Source of the DNA: a virus
DNA length: 64,000 nt
Virus record (IMG/VR): IMGVR_UViG_3300050821_001592
Coordinates: 1 to 64,000 of that record
Direction: 5' to 3' (one strand)
Shown here: positions 27,921 to 37,664 of the stretch, piece after piece
Layout of the letters: every line of letters starts with the position of its first letter
Numbering within the stretch: position 1 is the first letter of the stretch
Notes under the pieces: generated by a model
Seen by the model: only the letters and a program-made list of their open reading frames with translations
Databases searched by the model: none
Told to the model about the DNA's origin: nothing
Translations under genes and position numbers: made by a program

Positions 27921-28217
27921 CTAGAAATCTTCGCGCCGTCTCCGGCTATTGTCGGCAATGGTCGATAGACTCTTGTCCATCGAGTGGAGAAGGTCATCTT
28001 GATTTTTCAGACTCGCTTCCATGTGAGGAAAATGATTGGTGGCGAGCGTGTCAATTTGTCCGATTGTCTTGCTCGCTTGTGCAGAGAGTCGTTCAAAATA
28101 GGTCGCTACTTTCCACGCAAAAATACACAACGTGGGCCAGCCAATGACCTGAAGATGCTGAGCTACCCATTCGAAAGGCGAACTATTTAATGTCTGTAGG
28201 TACGTCAGAGGTATCAT
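27921..28217 (-). CDS. One-TM coiled-coil protein (holin or antiholin-like)
   Basis: AAGGAG RBS; TM helix, coiled coil, RRRREDF tail. Confidence 0.55.
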   Translation of the reverse strand: MIPLTYLQTLNSSPFEWVAQHLQVIGWPTLCIFAWKVATYFERLSAQASKTIGQIDTLATNHFPHMEASLKNQDDLLHSMDKSLSTIADNSRRRREDF

Positions 28218-28404
28218 TCGAAGCTCCTTGAGACTGTACGTAGGCGTGCCCTCCAAGGAAGCCTAAACAGGTAGTCGTGAACGCGACAAAACTCGCATCC
28301 AATCCGTGGAATATGTGAATCGCCGCGCCGATGAGGAAAATGGCAGTACCGATAGCAACGTGCCCGTCGCTGTTGATTTTAGAAATCCATGAAGATATAG
28401 ACAT
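28183..28404 (-). CDS. Two-TM holin-like protein
   Basis: Two hydrophobic helices in 73 aa, next to a hydrolase-like gene. Confidence 0.55.
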   Translation of the reverse strand: MSISSWISKINSDGHVAIGTAIFLIGAAIHIFHGLDASFVAFTTTCLGFLGGHAYVQSQGASNDTSDVPTDIK

Positions 28405-28411
28405 GTGCCCC

Positions 28412-28864
28412 CTAGTCCCAGAAACTCAACGTATTTAGGTCCGCAATTCTCTGGTGTATGCGTTGGCCTGTCACGGGATTCGTAGCGGCGATGAGCTGCT
28501 TGAACCACGGTCTTTCGATTTTATTTAGAGCGCCGAAGTATAGTGCGCCCGTTTTATTCTCGCTGTGTGCCCCTCGGGTCATGTCAGAAACGGAACCATC
28601 GAATATCCCGTCGACTGCGGAGAGGAGTTTGATGAATGTCGGTTCCCAGATTGATGGGTGACTGAGCGGGGGGATTTCATTCTCGGCCATACTTTCAGGA
28701 ATCGTGTCGAGAACACGGAGCCACGACCCCCACCCCAAGCGAACTCGATTAGCGAGGGTGTGCATTACCATTTGTCCCGCGAGATGACCGCCGCCGTATG
28801 ATTGGCCAAATCTCCAACCATACTCTACGAGTTTTCCCTTCACATAATTGTCTTGAGTTAACAT
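28412..28864 (-). CDS. SleB/Hydrolase_2-like cell wall hydrolase homologue
   Basis: GQMVMHTLANRV, DMTRGA, ALYF. Confidence 0.55.
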   Translation of the reverse strand: MLTQDNYVKGKLVEYGWRFGQSYGGGHLAGQMVMHTLANRVRLGWGSWLRVLDTIPESMAENEIPPLSHPSIWEPTFIKLLSAVDGIFDGSVSDMTRGAHSENKTGALYFGALNKIERPWFKQLIAATNPVTGQRIHQRIADLNTLSFWD

Positions 28865-28884
28865 TGAGTAGCCTACCCTCCTTT

Positions 28885-29060
28885 CTTACTGCCTTACTAG
28901 GCTCACTCACGGCGGTTACCAGCCGCTTAGCAACGGGAGTGATATTAATAACACGGGTGGTAGGAAACTGCCGCCTACGTCTGCTGCACTCCGTTTATAG
29001 GCCTTGTATGTCAGCCGTGGAGCCGTCGCTCTGTCTACCTGAGACGTACACCCGTGATGG
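28885..29060 (-). ncRNA. Structured intergenic RNA candidate
   Basis: Stems CACGGGTG/CACCCGTG, TACGTCT/AGACGTA, TCACTC/GAGTGA, GCGG/CCGC, GCCT/AGGC. Confidence 0.5.
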
Positions 29061-29071
29061 GGTACTGAAGG

Positions 29072-29506
29072 TTATTTCTTCGTCTTGGGTTCTGTCAACT
29101 TTCCTTTTTCCCGTTCGAGTTCTTCGTGAGTCGGGTAGTGGGGTTGGAACCTCGTAGGAGTCTCTGCATCCTCTTCAGGAGTCGCGTCGGCAGATTCTCC
29201 GAGATGGTTCAACGCAACGTAGTTCTCGCGAGTCATGGGGATTTTATATTTCCGCATGATATCCCCGATGGGGTCAAACGGTATGTTTTTATCCAGCACT
29301 CGTCTTGGTTTAATGTTTGCGGGGTTGCCCAGCGCAGCCCTGTCAACTTCCATATCGGGTGTCTGTAATGGGGCCTTGTCGACATTCATCTTCGCCGCAA
29401 CGGGGGTAACCGTTTCAGGTGGGTCCGTATCAAGATGCGGTGCGGGGGTGGGCGGATTCGTCTGCTGAAGAATCCTACCCCCGAAATCTACGGGTGCGCC
29501 TGCCAT
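29072..29506 (-). CDS. Hypothetical protein with its own promoter
   Basis: GGAG RBS; IPMTRENYVALN motif. Confidence 0.7.
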   Translation of the reverse strand: MAGAPVDFGGRILQQTNPPTPAPHLDTDPPETVTPVAAKMNVDKAPLQTPDMEVDRAALGNPANIKPRRVLDKNIPFDPIGDIMRKYKIPMTRENYVALNHLGESADATPEEDAETPTRFQPHYPTHEELEREKGKLTEPKTKK

Positions 29507-29522
29507 ATTTGTCTCCATTAAT

Positions 29523-29551
29523 ACTGTACCACAAGGCTCAATCGAAGTCAA
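29523..29551 (-). promoter_or_regulatory. Sigma70-type promoter with extended -10
   Basis: TTGACT-17 bp-TACAGT with TG at the extended position. Confidence 0.65.
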
Positions 29552-29554
29552 GCT

Positions 29555-32500
29555 CTATTTTTGAGAGGCATTCCACTGACTATCGGTCGTCCAGACGGGT
29601 CGTTTAAATCCGCCCGCTTTCTCGATAATCTGTTTTCGAGCTTCGTCTTTAGTAATCTTGCCTTCGCTCGCTTGTCGCCAGATATCCGCAGCGTCCTTAC
29701 GGATGCTACCTTTTTTGCCCTCACGACTAAACAAGGACCTTATGCCTTCCCAAGTTATGGATTGCATCTCTCTCGGAGAAACGCCGACTTCCTTTGCCGC
29801 CTGCTTATAGGCTTCATCATAGACCGGGTATGAACCACCCAGCCCCGTGCCCGCATGTTTGCCCGCGCCGGGTACACCCGGTGTAGACCCGCCGAAGTTG
29901 TGAGCCACCTCCGTATCTTTCTGGGAGAATGGTTTCCAATGAGCTGCGCCTACGGCGTGCGTATCAATAGTGACGTGCCCCCTGTCGGACCACGGGTTAA
30001 TGATGTTGTTATAGAAGTTCCTAATCTTGTGCCCGTTGCCCATCAAACGATTGATGTTCTCGATTGAACCGTCGTCTAGGAGGTTAACGGCCTTTGCGAC
30101 AGCGTCGTATGGGCCCCAAGCAATCTTCTGCGACCCTCGGATTGTTCCGTCGGGGGCATACACTGGAATCTCGGGTGAGCCGTACGCTTGGTCAGCCATG
30201 CGAAGCCAAAGACCGCGCATTACGCTCGTTTCAGCGGGGGTGTCGCCCTGAAGCTCATCATAGGACTTACCACGCACGCTATCAAGGAACCCTCGGAATT
30301 CCGGCTTAGTCGACTTGGCATTACGGATGGCTGAAAGTTTCTCGTCCATCTTTTCATCCCAGATACGACCTCTGTCGTTCTTCCAACGCTCCATCAATCG
30401 TTGCGCCATGCCAACATTATTATCCCAAGGGTTGTTGGGTGACAGCGCAGCGATGACCGCAGCGGCTTGCTCGTGAGCTAGACCATAGTCATTAGCAAAC
30501 CCCTTGCTCAAATCGTGTGCCGATTCATACCACTGTTTCGAGATACCGCGTATCGATTCGGGAATAGCGTTGTATAACGCTACGAGATTATCTTTGTAGT
30601 GGGCTACTGCTTTTTTGATAATTGAATTCGCGTGCTCAGCAGGCGTTTCCAATTCTTCGGGGGTGAGTTTTAGACCCGTATCTTTGTAGTTCGCCACCGC
30701 TTGAGCTATGGTCGCCTTCAACTTCGGAGGCGCATCGTTCAATGTTTTCATGCCGGAAGTACGGTCAGGGTTGTTAGTCGTGTCCGCGTTCACGGTTTGC
30801 GGATTAGACGTCGCAATCTCTTTACTCTTCAAGGCGTCTGTATACTCGGGCGAGACCTTAGTTACGGGTCTCGCTTCCGGCAATGCCGCCGTCTTAAGTT
30901 CTTGAGCACGCTTAGCGATATCTGAGAAGGATGCGGTGTCTCCAAGCTCTGTTCTTGCTTGTTGAAAGAATGCCGTATCCCGAGCTGCGCCTTCGGGAGT
31001 ACCGACGGTTTGCGTCTTTGCCTGAGGCGGTTGAGGCATGTTTGGGTCACGGTTCATTGTTGCCCGAGCGCCCTCTGTTTGGTCAAATGGATTACTAATG
31101 GGTCGACGATTCTTGATAGCGTCTTCCAATTCAGCAGCAGACATCGTGGAACGCGACCCCGCCCGTCGTTCTTCGCCTGTATAAGATTCAGGTACGGCTA
31201 GTGAGTACTGTCCATTCTCTTCCCTTACAGCGTTTGGGAACTCCCGCTGTAGGGCCTGCCACACGCCTGCGGCTTTTGTCGTATTAGACACGTCCGACTC
31301 AATCGTCTTGACACCCGCCTTCTGAGCTTCCTGAATGAGTTGTTTGTACGCACCAATACCGTAGCCTTTGCCTGTCTCTCCATTCTTAACAACTGCGTCT
31401 TTAACCGTCCATGTACCCGGAATCTGTTCCTCAACCTTGATATGACCGATAGGCTCGTCCCCCCGCATGATTTCCAAGCGGTCGGGCTTACCCTCGGCAT
31501 CTGTGACCATGTCGTGGGTGACGGTCGGTTCTGGTTTCGCAACCTCGTCCAACAGAGATGAGGTCTGGGGTTGTGCCTGCGCCTTCACTTCAGCGGCGGC
31601 TTTACCCTGAGCTTGGTTCATAAGGTCTTCGAACTCGCGACCCGCCCCGCCTTCACCAAAAGGTTCACCTACTGTGCCGGGAGGGCCTAGCTCTCCGTGT
31701 TCACGAGTAACAGCGTCTTTGAGATTAGTAGCCAACTTAGAAAACCATTGCCCCCAAGCTGGATTGAACATGATACGGTCCATCAAAAACTTGGATGCGA
31801 TGGTACCTGTCATGCCGAAAGGTACCAAATGGGACGCCGCGACTTCCAGCGCGTATATACCCCAAGCCTTAATACCTTTAGGTGCGCCTTTAATAGGGTC
31901 GAATAGCTTAGTGACGTTCTGCCAGTTGTCGTATCCTTCCTCACCTAATAGACGTTTGAAAGCTCCGGGGCCTTGCCCGCGACGAATCATCTTGTTATCG
32001 ATGTTAGCTTCGAGTCCGCGTAGAGTGTTTCCGGTTATCGTACCCTTCGCGGTTGCGCCGCGCAGGCCATTAGCTATCTCTTGAAAACGTTGAGAGTCTG
32101 CATATAATTTCTTTGCCGAATCATACTCAGCGGGGGAGATGACATCGCTATGTTGTTTGAACCAGCTATCAATCGCCTTCTCGGCCTTCGGAATACCTGT
32201 TTTATATGCGTCCTCGCGAATAGCTGCGTCTTGGCTATTACTGTCCGCTTTAGCACGGTCCAATTCAGCCTTCAACTCGCTATACGACTGAGGCTTCTCG
32301 GGAATCGATACGGCGTTAGGGTCGTATACCGCATGGGGCATGGGCTCTTCGCCTTCAGAGAGGTTGGCGTTGTATGCGTCAATATTAGCGTTGTGACGGT
32401 CCAGCAGGTCCTTATGGTCATTCAACGCTTCCTTCACCGTGTGTTGCCACGCCGCGATATCCGCATCGGACGCAACATCAGCTTTTTTATATGTTTTTTG

Positions 32501-33652
32501 CGCGGTCGCTTCTGCGGCTTGCGCGGCCTCGTCATGCGTCTGGAATTTAGACAGAGTTTGGGTGCCTGCAATTTGGTCAGGCGTCGGTCGGCCATCCATG
32601 ATGGCGTTGTGTCGATTAATCTTATCCTCAGCGACTTGACCTATCGTGCTGGTGAGCTGACGTGTAGCAGCGGGGGCGGTCTTCGTTTTCTGAAATTCTT
32701 CGGCTGTTCCGGGGGTGGTCATCAGTCTTGTCGCACCCTTTGTAACGACCGACGGATTCTCCTGTTGGATGGCCGAAATCGGGGCTTCTACGCCCGCTGT
32801 TTTTTGTGTCGTGGGTCGAAGAGTTGTTCGTTCGCCTGCGACCGTACCGGGGGTTTTCGGCATCGGACCCTTGACTGTGGAGTTCAAAGCGTCGAGCTTC
32901 AGTTTATTCCACGTCGCATCTGTCGATGGGGTACGCCCCAGAGTTTCATCAATTGCACCTTTCACGGGATGAGCCGCAGCCATGGCGGCGACTTGAGAAA
33001 CAGCCCCGCCGACATCGCCGCTCTCGGCTTTATCAACCAAACTGGCGACAAATGGCCCCGCGATAGGGACATATTCGCCTGCTGTATGGACGTAGGTGTT
33101 GAGAAGATGACCAATCGCCTCTGCACCTTTCGATTTAGTATATGCTTCCGCTTCAGCTAGAGCTTTCTGGCGCTCCTCAGCCGACGGAGCCGTGATGTAT
33201 TTACCGAGGAGAGTGTTCGCCTTGGGGTCGGTCCAAGAAATTTTCTTCTCGTCGGGCATAATAGCGGGCATCTTCGTGGAGATGAGGTCGTGCGCTACCC
33301 CGCCGAGGAATCCCGCCACCCCGTGTCCGAGGTTTCCAATATTATACGCGACGTTTTCATTCGTGAATCCGAGTTGTTTCGGGGGTGCGCTCGTCGGTGC
33401 TCCCCGCTCTGCTTCAGTCTCTTCATCGCCTGTTATACCGTGCCACAAAGCCTTTGCAGTGTTTGTAACGTGATTCTGCACTTCATCGAGATATGATGGC
33501 GTGGCGGTATCAATCGTGTTGACGGGGTTCGCAGTCTTCGGAGCTTCCGCTGCGACTTGGTCAAGCAGTGAGCCCTGATTCGGAGACGCGGGCGCATTCG
33601 GTTGTGGTGCTGGTGCTGGTCCAGCAACTTCGTCTAGTAAACTGCCCGCCAT
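29555..33652 (-). CDS. Large internal virion (ejection) polyvalent protein with GNAT-like and DUF7178/glycosylase-like domains
   Basis: Third gene of an ejection-type trio; GKGYG GNAT motif; WY...AALSP...KIRNFYNNI...VTIDTHA...MQSITW. Confidence 0.75.
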   Translation of the reverse strand: MAGSLLDEVAGPAPAPQPNAPASPNQGSLLDQVAAEAPKTANPVNTIDTATPSYLDEVQNHVTNTAKALWHGITGDEETEAERGAPTSAPPKQLGFTNENVAYNIGNLGHGVAGFLGGVAHDLISTKMPAIMPDEKKISWTDPKANTLLGKYITAPSAEERQKALAEAEAYTKSKGAEAIGHLLNTYVHTAGEYVPIAGPFVASLVDKAESGDVGGAVSQVAAMAAAHPVKGAIDETLGRTPSTDATWNKLKLDALNSTVKGPMPKTPGTVAGERTTLRPTTQKTAGVEAPISAIQQENPSVVTKGATRLMTTPGTAEEFQKTKTAPAATRQLTSTIGQVAEDKINRHNAIMDGRPTPDQIAGTQTLSKFQTHDEAAQAAEATAQKTYKKADVASDADIAAWQHTVKEALNDHKDLLDRHNANIDAYNANLSEGEEPMPHAVYDPNAVSIPEKPQSYSELKAELDRAKADSNSQDAAIREDAYKTGIPKAEKAIDSWFKQHSDVISPAEYDSAKKLYADSQRFQEIANGLRGATAKGTITGNTLRGLEANIDNKMIRRGQGPGAFKRLLGEEGYDNWQNVTKLFDPIKGAPKGIKAWGIYALEVAASHLVPFGMTGTIASKFLMDRIMFNPAWGQWFSKLATNLKDAVTREHGELGPPGTVGEPFGEGGAGREFEDLMNQAQGKAAAEVKAQAQPQTSSLLDEVAKPEPTVTHDMVTDAEGKPDRLEIMRGDEPIGHIKVEEQIPGTWTVKDAVVKNGETGKGYGIGAYKQLIQEAQKAGVKTIESDVSNTTKAAGVWQALQREFPNAVREENGQYSLAVPESYTGEERRAGSRSTMSAAELEDAIKNRRPISNPFDQTEGARATMNRDPNMPQPPQAKTQTVGTPEGAARDTAFFQQARTELGDTASFSDIAKRAQELKTAALPEARPVTKVSPEYTDALKSKEIATSNPQTVNADTTNNPDRTSGMKTLNDAPPKLKATIAQAVANYKDTGLKLTPEELETPAEHANSIIKKAVAHYKDNLVALYNAIPESIRGISKQWYESAHDLSKGFANDYGLAHEQAAAVIAALSPNNPWDNNVGMAQRLMERWKNDRGRIWDEKMDEKLSAIRNAKSTKPEFRGFLDSVRGKSYDELQGDTPAETSVMRGLWLRMADQAYGSPEIPVYAPDGTIRGSQKIAWGPYDAVAKAVNLLDDGSIENINRLMGNGHKIRNFYNNIINPWSDRGHVTIDTHAVGAAHWKPFSQKDTEVAHNFGGSTPGVPGAGKHAGTGLGGSYPVYDEAYKQAAKEVGVSPREMQSITWEGIRSLFSREGKKGSIRKDAADIWRQASEGKITKDEARKQIIEKAGGFKRPVWTTDSQWNASQK

Positions 33653-33662
33653 AAACTCTCCT

Positions 33663-36089
33663 TTACTGAAGCAACCAACCGTTGTTTTTTGCCAGAGCAA
33701 CAGCCGCGTTGCGGTCATTACCTGCTGCTTGATAGTATGCTCGGGCCATGTTCTTATCAGTCATCTGCGTAGCCTGATGGTTGACCCAACCGCGAGGTAA
33801 CGGCTGTGTAAATGGCAGAGCCTTAGAGTCGATACCCATACGCTTCAAGGCATTCTGTGCGTCCGTTGACATCAAATGAGGGTAGGTCGTACCCATCGTA
33901 TTTACATACGCTTGACCCAACCCCTTCAATCGGACGTCTGCGGTGTCCGCTAATTGGCGAATAACGCTTTTGACTTGTCGAAGAGGGAGTTTGTCACTCA
34001 ACAGGGCGTTCATGTTCGCCACATCTTCCGACTTCGTAGCGTAGCCCGCAGCTAAGAAGTTCTCAATCTCGTGTTTCACAGGTTCGAGAGCGGCGGTATA
34101 CGCAGACCAATCTTTATCGTCGGTCAATTGGTTGCCGATTTCCTTCAACGTCATGTTGAGTACGGGGCTGTGCGTCAAGCCAAGTGTCTTTGATTCCAAC
34201 CGACCTTCGGCATCAAGTAATGCAGCCGAGTGCCCAAGATAGTTATCAAACGAGACGAGCTGCTTGCCCGTAGGTGTTTTCTGTCCGCCTGAATAATCCT
34301 TGTACATGTTTGCTTTGGCTTCGAGAGCCGAACCTCCGTACTGAGTCGTATCCAACCCACGGTCAGCGGCTTCGTCGTGAATGGCATTGATAGCGTTTTC
34401 GCGAGCGTTGCCACGCATACTTACAATCTTAGTGACATCGTTGACATCGCCTTCAATTGTATTACTCGCGGTCCTCTTCATTTGTTCGGGGTCGCCGTTG
34501 GCGAGCTTGTTCTTCTCTTGAATGCCTGCACGCATGGCAACAGCCGCGTCGAGACGCGCTGTCAACTTCTCCACTTGCCCTTGCGTCATCAGAATTTGAC
34601 CATCCTTACCAGCGGTCGGTACGTCCGCGAGTAAGTTAGTCTTGTCTGATTCTTCTAGGTCGGGATTTCCCTTAATGCTGTTCACGAGAGCGGAGGTCTG
34701 GGCGGGGTTAGCGGGGGCTTTCTCACCCATGCCGCCTTGCTTCGCTAATGCTTCAGCAGAAGCACGACGATTTGTGACATCGTTGATGTAGTTCTGCACT
34801 TTATCCCGGTCGGTTCCGAGAGCTTTGAAAATAGCATCCCCGCCATCGGCGGCAAGAAGCCGTTGGAGCTGAGCGGCGGTATCACCACCGTGCGCGGTCG
34901 CGCTCTCGAAATCCAACAAGGCCCGCATAGCGGACGGGTTACCTCTAACCGCAGCGGCCAGACGGCCTTCGACATCGCCGTGAATTCCAAGAGCCTTCAG
35001 CCCTTCATCTTTAGAATCGGATATAGACTGAAGGAGGTCTTCCGCATGGTCCACACTATTAATCTGGTGAGTCACGGCGGCGAAACGCCCGAGATTCAAT
35101 CGGACATCACCATTCGTTTGTTCGTACAAATTAGCGAAGCTTGGATTGATTTTCGCAGCCCGGTCAACCGCCTCTTTGTTGAGTTTGATGTCTACGTCGG
35201 GATTAAGAACCGTCCAAGTCGGAACGGAATGCGTCTTTCCGGTGCTAGGGTCAACTACCGAACGAAGACCATCTTGAACCATTAATTGGCTCGTCATCTT
35301 ATCTTTGAACGGGGACGTCAGAAGTTCTTCCGTGGTCATGCCGGAAGTCAAGCGGGCTTTCGGAGCGTCAGGCGTATTTCGATTGTTATCAAAATCATCC
35401 GCGCTCGCGAGAATCGTCGACTTATTCTGGTCTACGATGCCCTGCCAATTTTTGGTCTGAGTCATTTCCGCTTCTGCGCCTTCTTTTTCGGCAGCGAACT
35501 GAGCTTGTTGCATTGACGCATAGCCGTGCATCGCAGCCGTGTTAGCCGCAACGGCGTTCAACTTTCGCGTCTGCATGTCGTCGTATTGCTTCTGAGCTGA
35601 TTGGCTCAGCTCTTTACCTTTTTCAGCTCCGGTGCCAAACGCAGCGATGGTGCTTGACGGGTCGATACGTTGTGCTCCCCCCGGACCTTCGACATATTTA
35701 TTAGGCGTCATCATACCCGCCATTACAGACGCCATGAACATCTTTGCCATCGACGGCGTAGTGCGTGCGTCAGTGATTGTTTGTTTACCGTCGGGGGTGG
35801 TGCGAATTACGGGTTGTTGGGGGGTTACGGCTTTCAGGATGTGATTGAACCACTCGCCCTTCGTCTTAGGGGCGGTTGCTACGGGCGAAGGTGTAGCTTC
35901 CGGTGCGGGACTTACCGGGGTGGACGTTGGGGAGGTAGTGGGGGTAGGGACCACGGGCGACAGGTTCGAAGGGTTCGGAGTCACTGTATTCGGAATGGAA
36001 GAGACCGAATCTGGTGCCTGAGTCGGAACGCCAGTACCTAAAGTACTTGAAGGGTCAATCTGTTGTGCTGTCTTTATCGGGTCTGGCAT
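33663..36089 (-). CDS. Internal virion (ejection) protein
   Basis: Helical Ala/Gln-rich protein; position in the module. Confidence 0.65.
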   Translation of the reverse strand: MPDPIKTAQQIDPSSTLGTGVPTQAPDSVSSIPNTVTPNPSNLSPVVPTPTTSPTSTPVSPAPEATPSPVATAPKTKGEWFNHILKAVTPQQPVIRTTPDGKQTITDARTTPSMAKMFMASVMAGMMTPNKYVEGPGGAQRIDPSSTIAAFGTGAEKGKELSQSAQKQYDDMQTRKLNAVAANTAAMHGYASMQQAQFAAEKEGAEAEMTQTKNWQGIVDQNKSTILASADDFDNNRNTPDAPKARLTSGMTTEELLTSPFKDKMTSQLMVQDGLRSVVDPSTGKTHSVPTWTVLNPDVDIKLNKEAVDRAAKINPSFANLYEQTNGDVRLNLGRFAAVTHQINSVDHAEDLLQSISDSKDEGLKALGIHGDVEGRLAAAVRGNPSAMRALLDFESATAHGGDTAAQLQRLLAADGGDAIFKALGTDRDKVQNYINDVTNRRASAEALAKQGGMGEKAPANPAQTSALVNSIKGNPDLEESDKTNLLADVPTAGKDGQILMTQGQVEKLTARLDAAVAMRAGIQEKNKLANGDPEQMKRTASNTIEGDVNDVTKIVSMRGNARENAINAIHDEAADRGLDTTQYGGSALEAKANMYKDYSGGQKTPTGKQLVSFDNYLGHSAALLDAEGRLESKTLGLTHSPVLNMTLKEIGNQLTDDKDWSAYTAALEPVKHEIENFLAAGYATKSEDVANMNALLSDKLPLRQVKSVIRQLADTADVRLKGLGQAYVNTMGTTYPHLMSTDAQNALKRMGIDSKALPFTQPLPRGWVNHQATQMTDKNMARAYYQAAGNDRNAAVALAKNNGWLLQ

Positions 36090-36097
36090 ATCTCTCC

Positions 36098-36868
36098 TTA
36101 ATTACCTTGTGCGATTGCGTCAGGTGACTGTGCAGGGGTGTCATCGCCGCCCCCACCAAAGAGCTTACCGACGGGGGAGTTTTTCACCGCGTCCATGCTG
36201 AATCCCGAACCGGGTGTCTTGCCATTTCCCCCCGGTGCAAGGGTACTGAGGGGTAACCCCGTAGCCGCCCCGGCTGCGCCTAACGCGCCTTTAACTACCA
36301 AGGGTTGCCACCAATTTTTCGCGGTGTCAATACTCTGTTGGCTTTTTTCAGCCGTCTGTTGTTCTTCAGCAGCGGCTCTGTTCGCTTCATTTGACGTCGC
36401 GAATACGCCCGGTAATGATTTCTCCTCGCTCACCGCGTTAGTGAAATTCTTTCGACCTGCTTCATAGTCCTGTTGTATACCCTCAGCTTCGGCAGCACTG
36501 GCGTACTGCTCGGCTTTATCGGCAATAGCAGCCGTGTTCACACCTTGGGTCCCTGTATTGCCAACCGACGGACCCCCCGGAACGGACGAACCAATAACGG
36601 CTTTCTCGTCGCGAGCTGCCGCCGCCGCACGTTGGATTACAGAGGTGTTGTAGGCGTTGAACTGAGATTGACTCCAGCCTGCTTGAGATGGGCCTCCTTG
36701 GACAATCCTCTGGAGGGGCGTCATGAGGTTGTTGAAGGTTGTCGAAGCCGCTATACCCTCAGCCTTGGCTTGCTGCGTCATAGACTGGCTGAATGACTGA
36801 ATCTGATTGTTGAGCGCCATAACTTGCGACGACGGCGCTCCAAAGGCAGCACCCAAAAAACTTCCCAT
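36098..36868 (-). CDS. Small ejection (pilot) protein
   Basis: Q/A/G-rich with a hydrophobic GALGAAGAA segment. Confidence 0.65.
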   Translation of the reverse strand: MGSFLGAAFGAPSSQVMALNNQIQSFSQSMTQQAKAEGIAASTTFNNLMTPLQRIVQGGPSQAGWSQSQFNAYNTSVIQRAAAAARDEKAVIGSSVPGGPSVGNTGTQGVNTAAIADKAEQYASAAEAEGIQQDYEAGRKNFTNAVSEEKSLPGVFATSNEANRAAAEEQQTAEKSQQSIDTAKNWWQPLVVKGALGAAGAATGLPLSTLAPGGNGKTPGSGFSMDAVKNSPVGKLFGGGGDDTPAQSPDAIAQGN

Positions 36869-36881
36869 GATGATTATCCTT

Positions 36882-37358
36882 TTAGAGGAGTTCGGTCTCT
36901 ACGTAAAGAGAGAACTTCATTTGACTCGGTGTATTCGAGGCGTAACTCGCGGTACTTACTGATATAGCAGACGCACTCTGTGCGGATATGAGCGTCGTAG
37001 CGGAGCCCTTCGTAGTTAAAAGATTACCCGTTTGGGACGCGACTAAAGTTAACGTCTGATTAGTCGAATTATCGGCGTCCTTCCACGCGAGTGTAACTGA
37101 TGGTAGGGTAGATGACACCGAATCGACGGTCGTAATGATGATGTAGACTGTTACCCGGTATCGAGCGTTATTCGGAACGGATGCCACGAGGTTCGTAACA
37201 CCGACGTTCGCACCTTGCCCCGTCAGAGCTAATTCGGTCTGTACGACAGCCGACGAGGGTACGGACGCAGATACATTACCGCTCGCGTCTTCCGCCCATA
37301 CGACATTATTACTGCCCGCAGGGGCGGCTGGCAGTGTTGAATTCAGATTGATAGCCAA
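36882..37358 (-). CDS. Virion protein, paralogue of the tail-fibre C-terminal domain
   Basis: AGGAG RBS and TTG start; LVAS...YRV...VETE pattern. Confidence 0.7.
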   Translation of the reverse strand: MAINLNSTLPAAPAGSNNVVWAEDASGNVSASVPSSAVVQTELALTGQGANVGVTNLVASVPNNARYRVTVYIIITTVDSVSSTLPSVTLAWKDADNSTNQTLTLVASQTGNLLTTKGSATTLISAQSASAISVSTASYASNTPSQMKFSLYVETELL

Positions 37359-37367
37359 GGTGTTCTC

Positions 37368-37664
37368 CTACGCCCCGTTAACCAAAACAGGTGTTCCTGA
37401 ATTGGTACTCAAAGGCAAGTTGCAAGAAATCTCGTAGTCGTCACTGACGGGCACGCCGTTGACTTGAATACTTGTATCGAGGTCAGTTGGGACGTATTCG
37501 GTTCCACCTATCGCGACGAGCGTTTGTGGGACAGTGAGCGATGGGAGCGTAGCGGAGACCGGAATAGTTTGAATTCCTATGACGACGACCCGCACGGCCC
37601 CGGCTTCGGCACTTAAATCCCCTCGCAAGGGGAAAAGACTGGCTGGATATGCTTGACGGTTCAT
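37368..37664 (-). CDS. Small tail protein
   Basis: LRGDLS...VIGIQTIPVS fibre motif. Confidence 0.65.
   Translation of the reverse strand: MNRQAYPASLFPLRGDLSAEAGAVRVVVIGIQTIPVSATLPSLTVPQTLVAIGGTEYVPTDLDTSIQVNGVPVSDDYEISCNLPLSTNSGTPVLVNGA

Noticed and set aside
32150-33160. 336-aa + strand ORF and similar antisense ORFs across the late arm
   Set aside because: Antisense to well-supported genes, with no recognisable motifs
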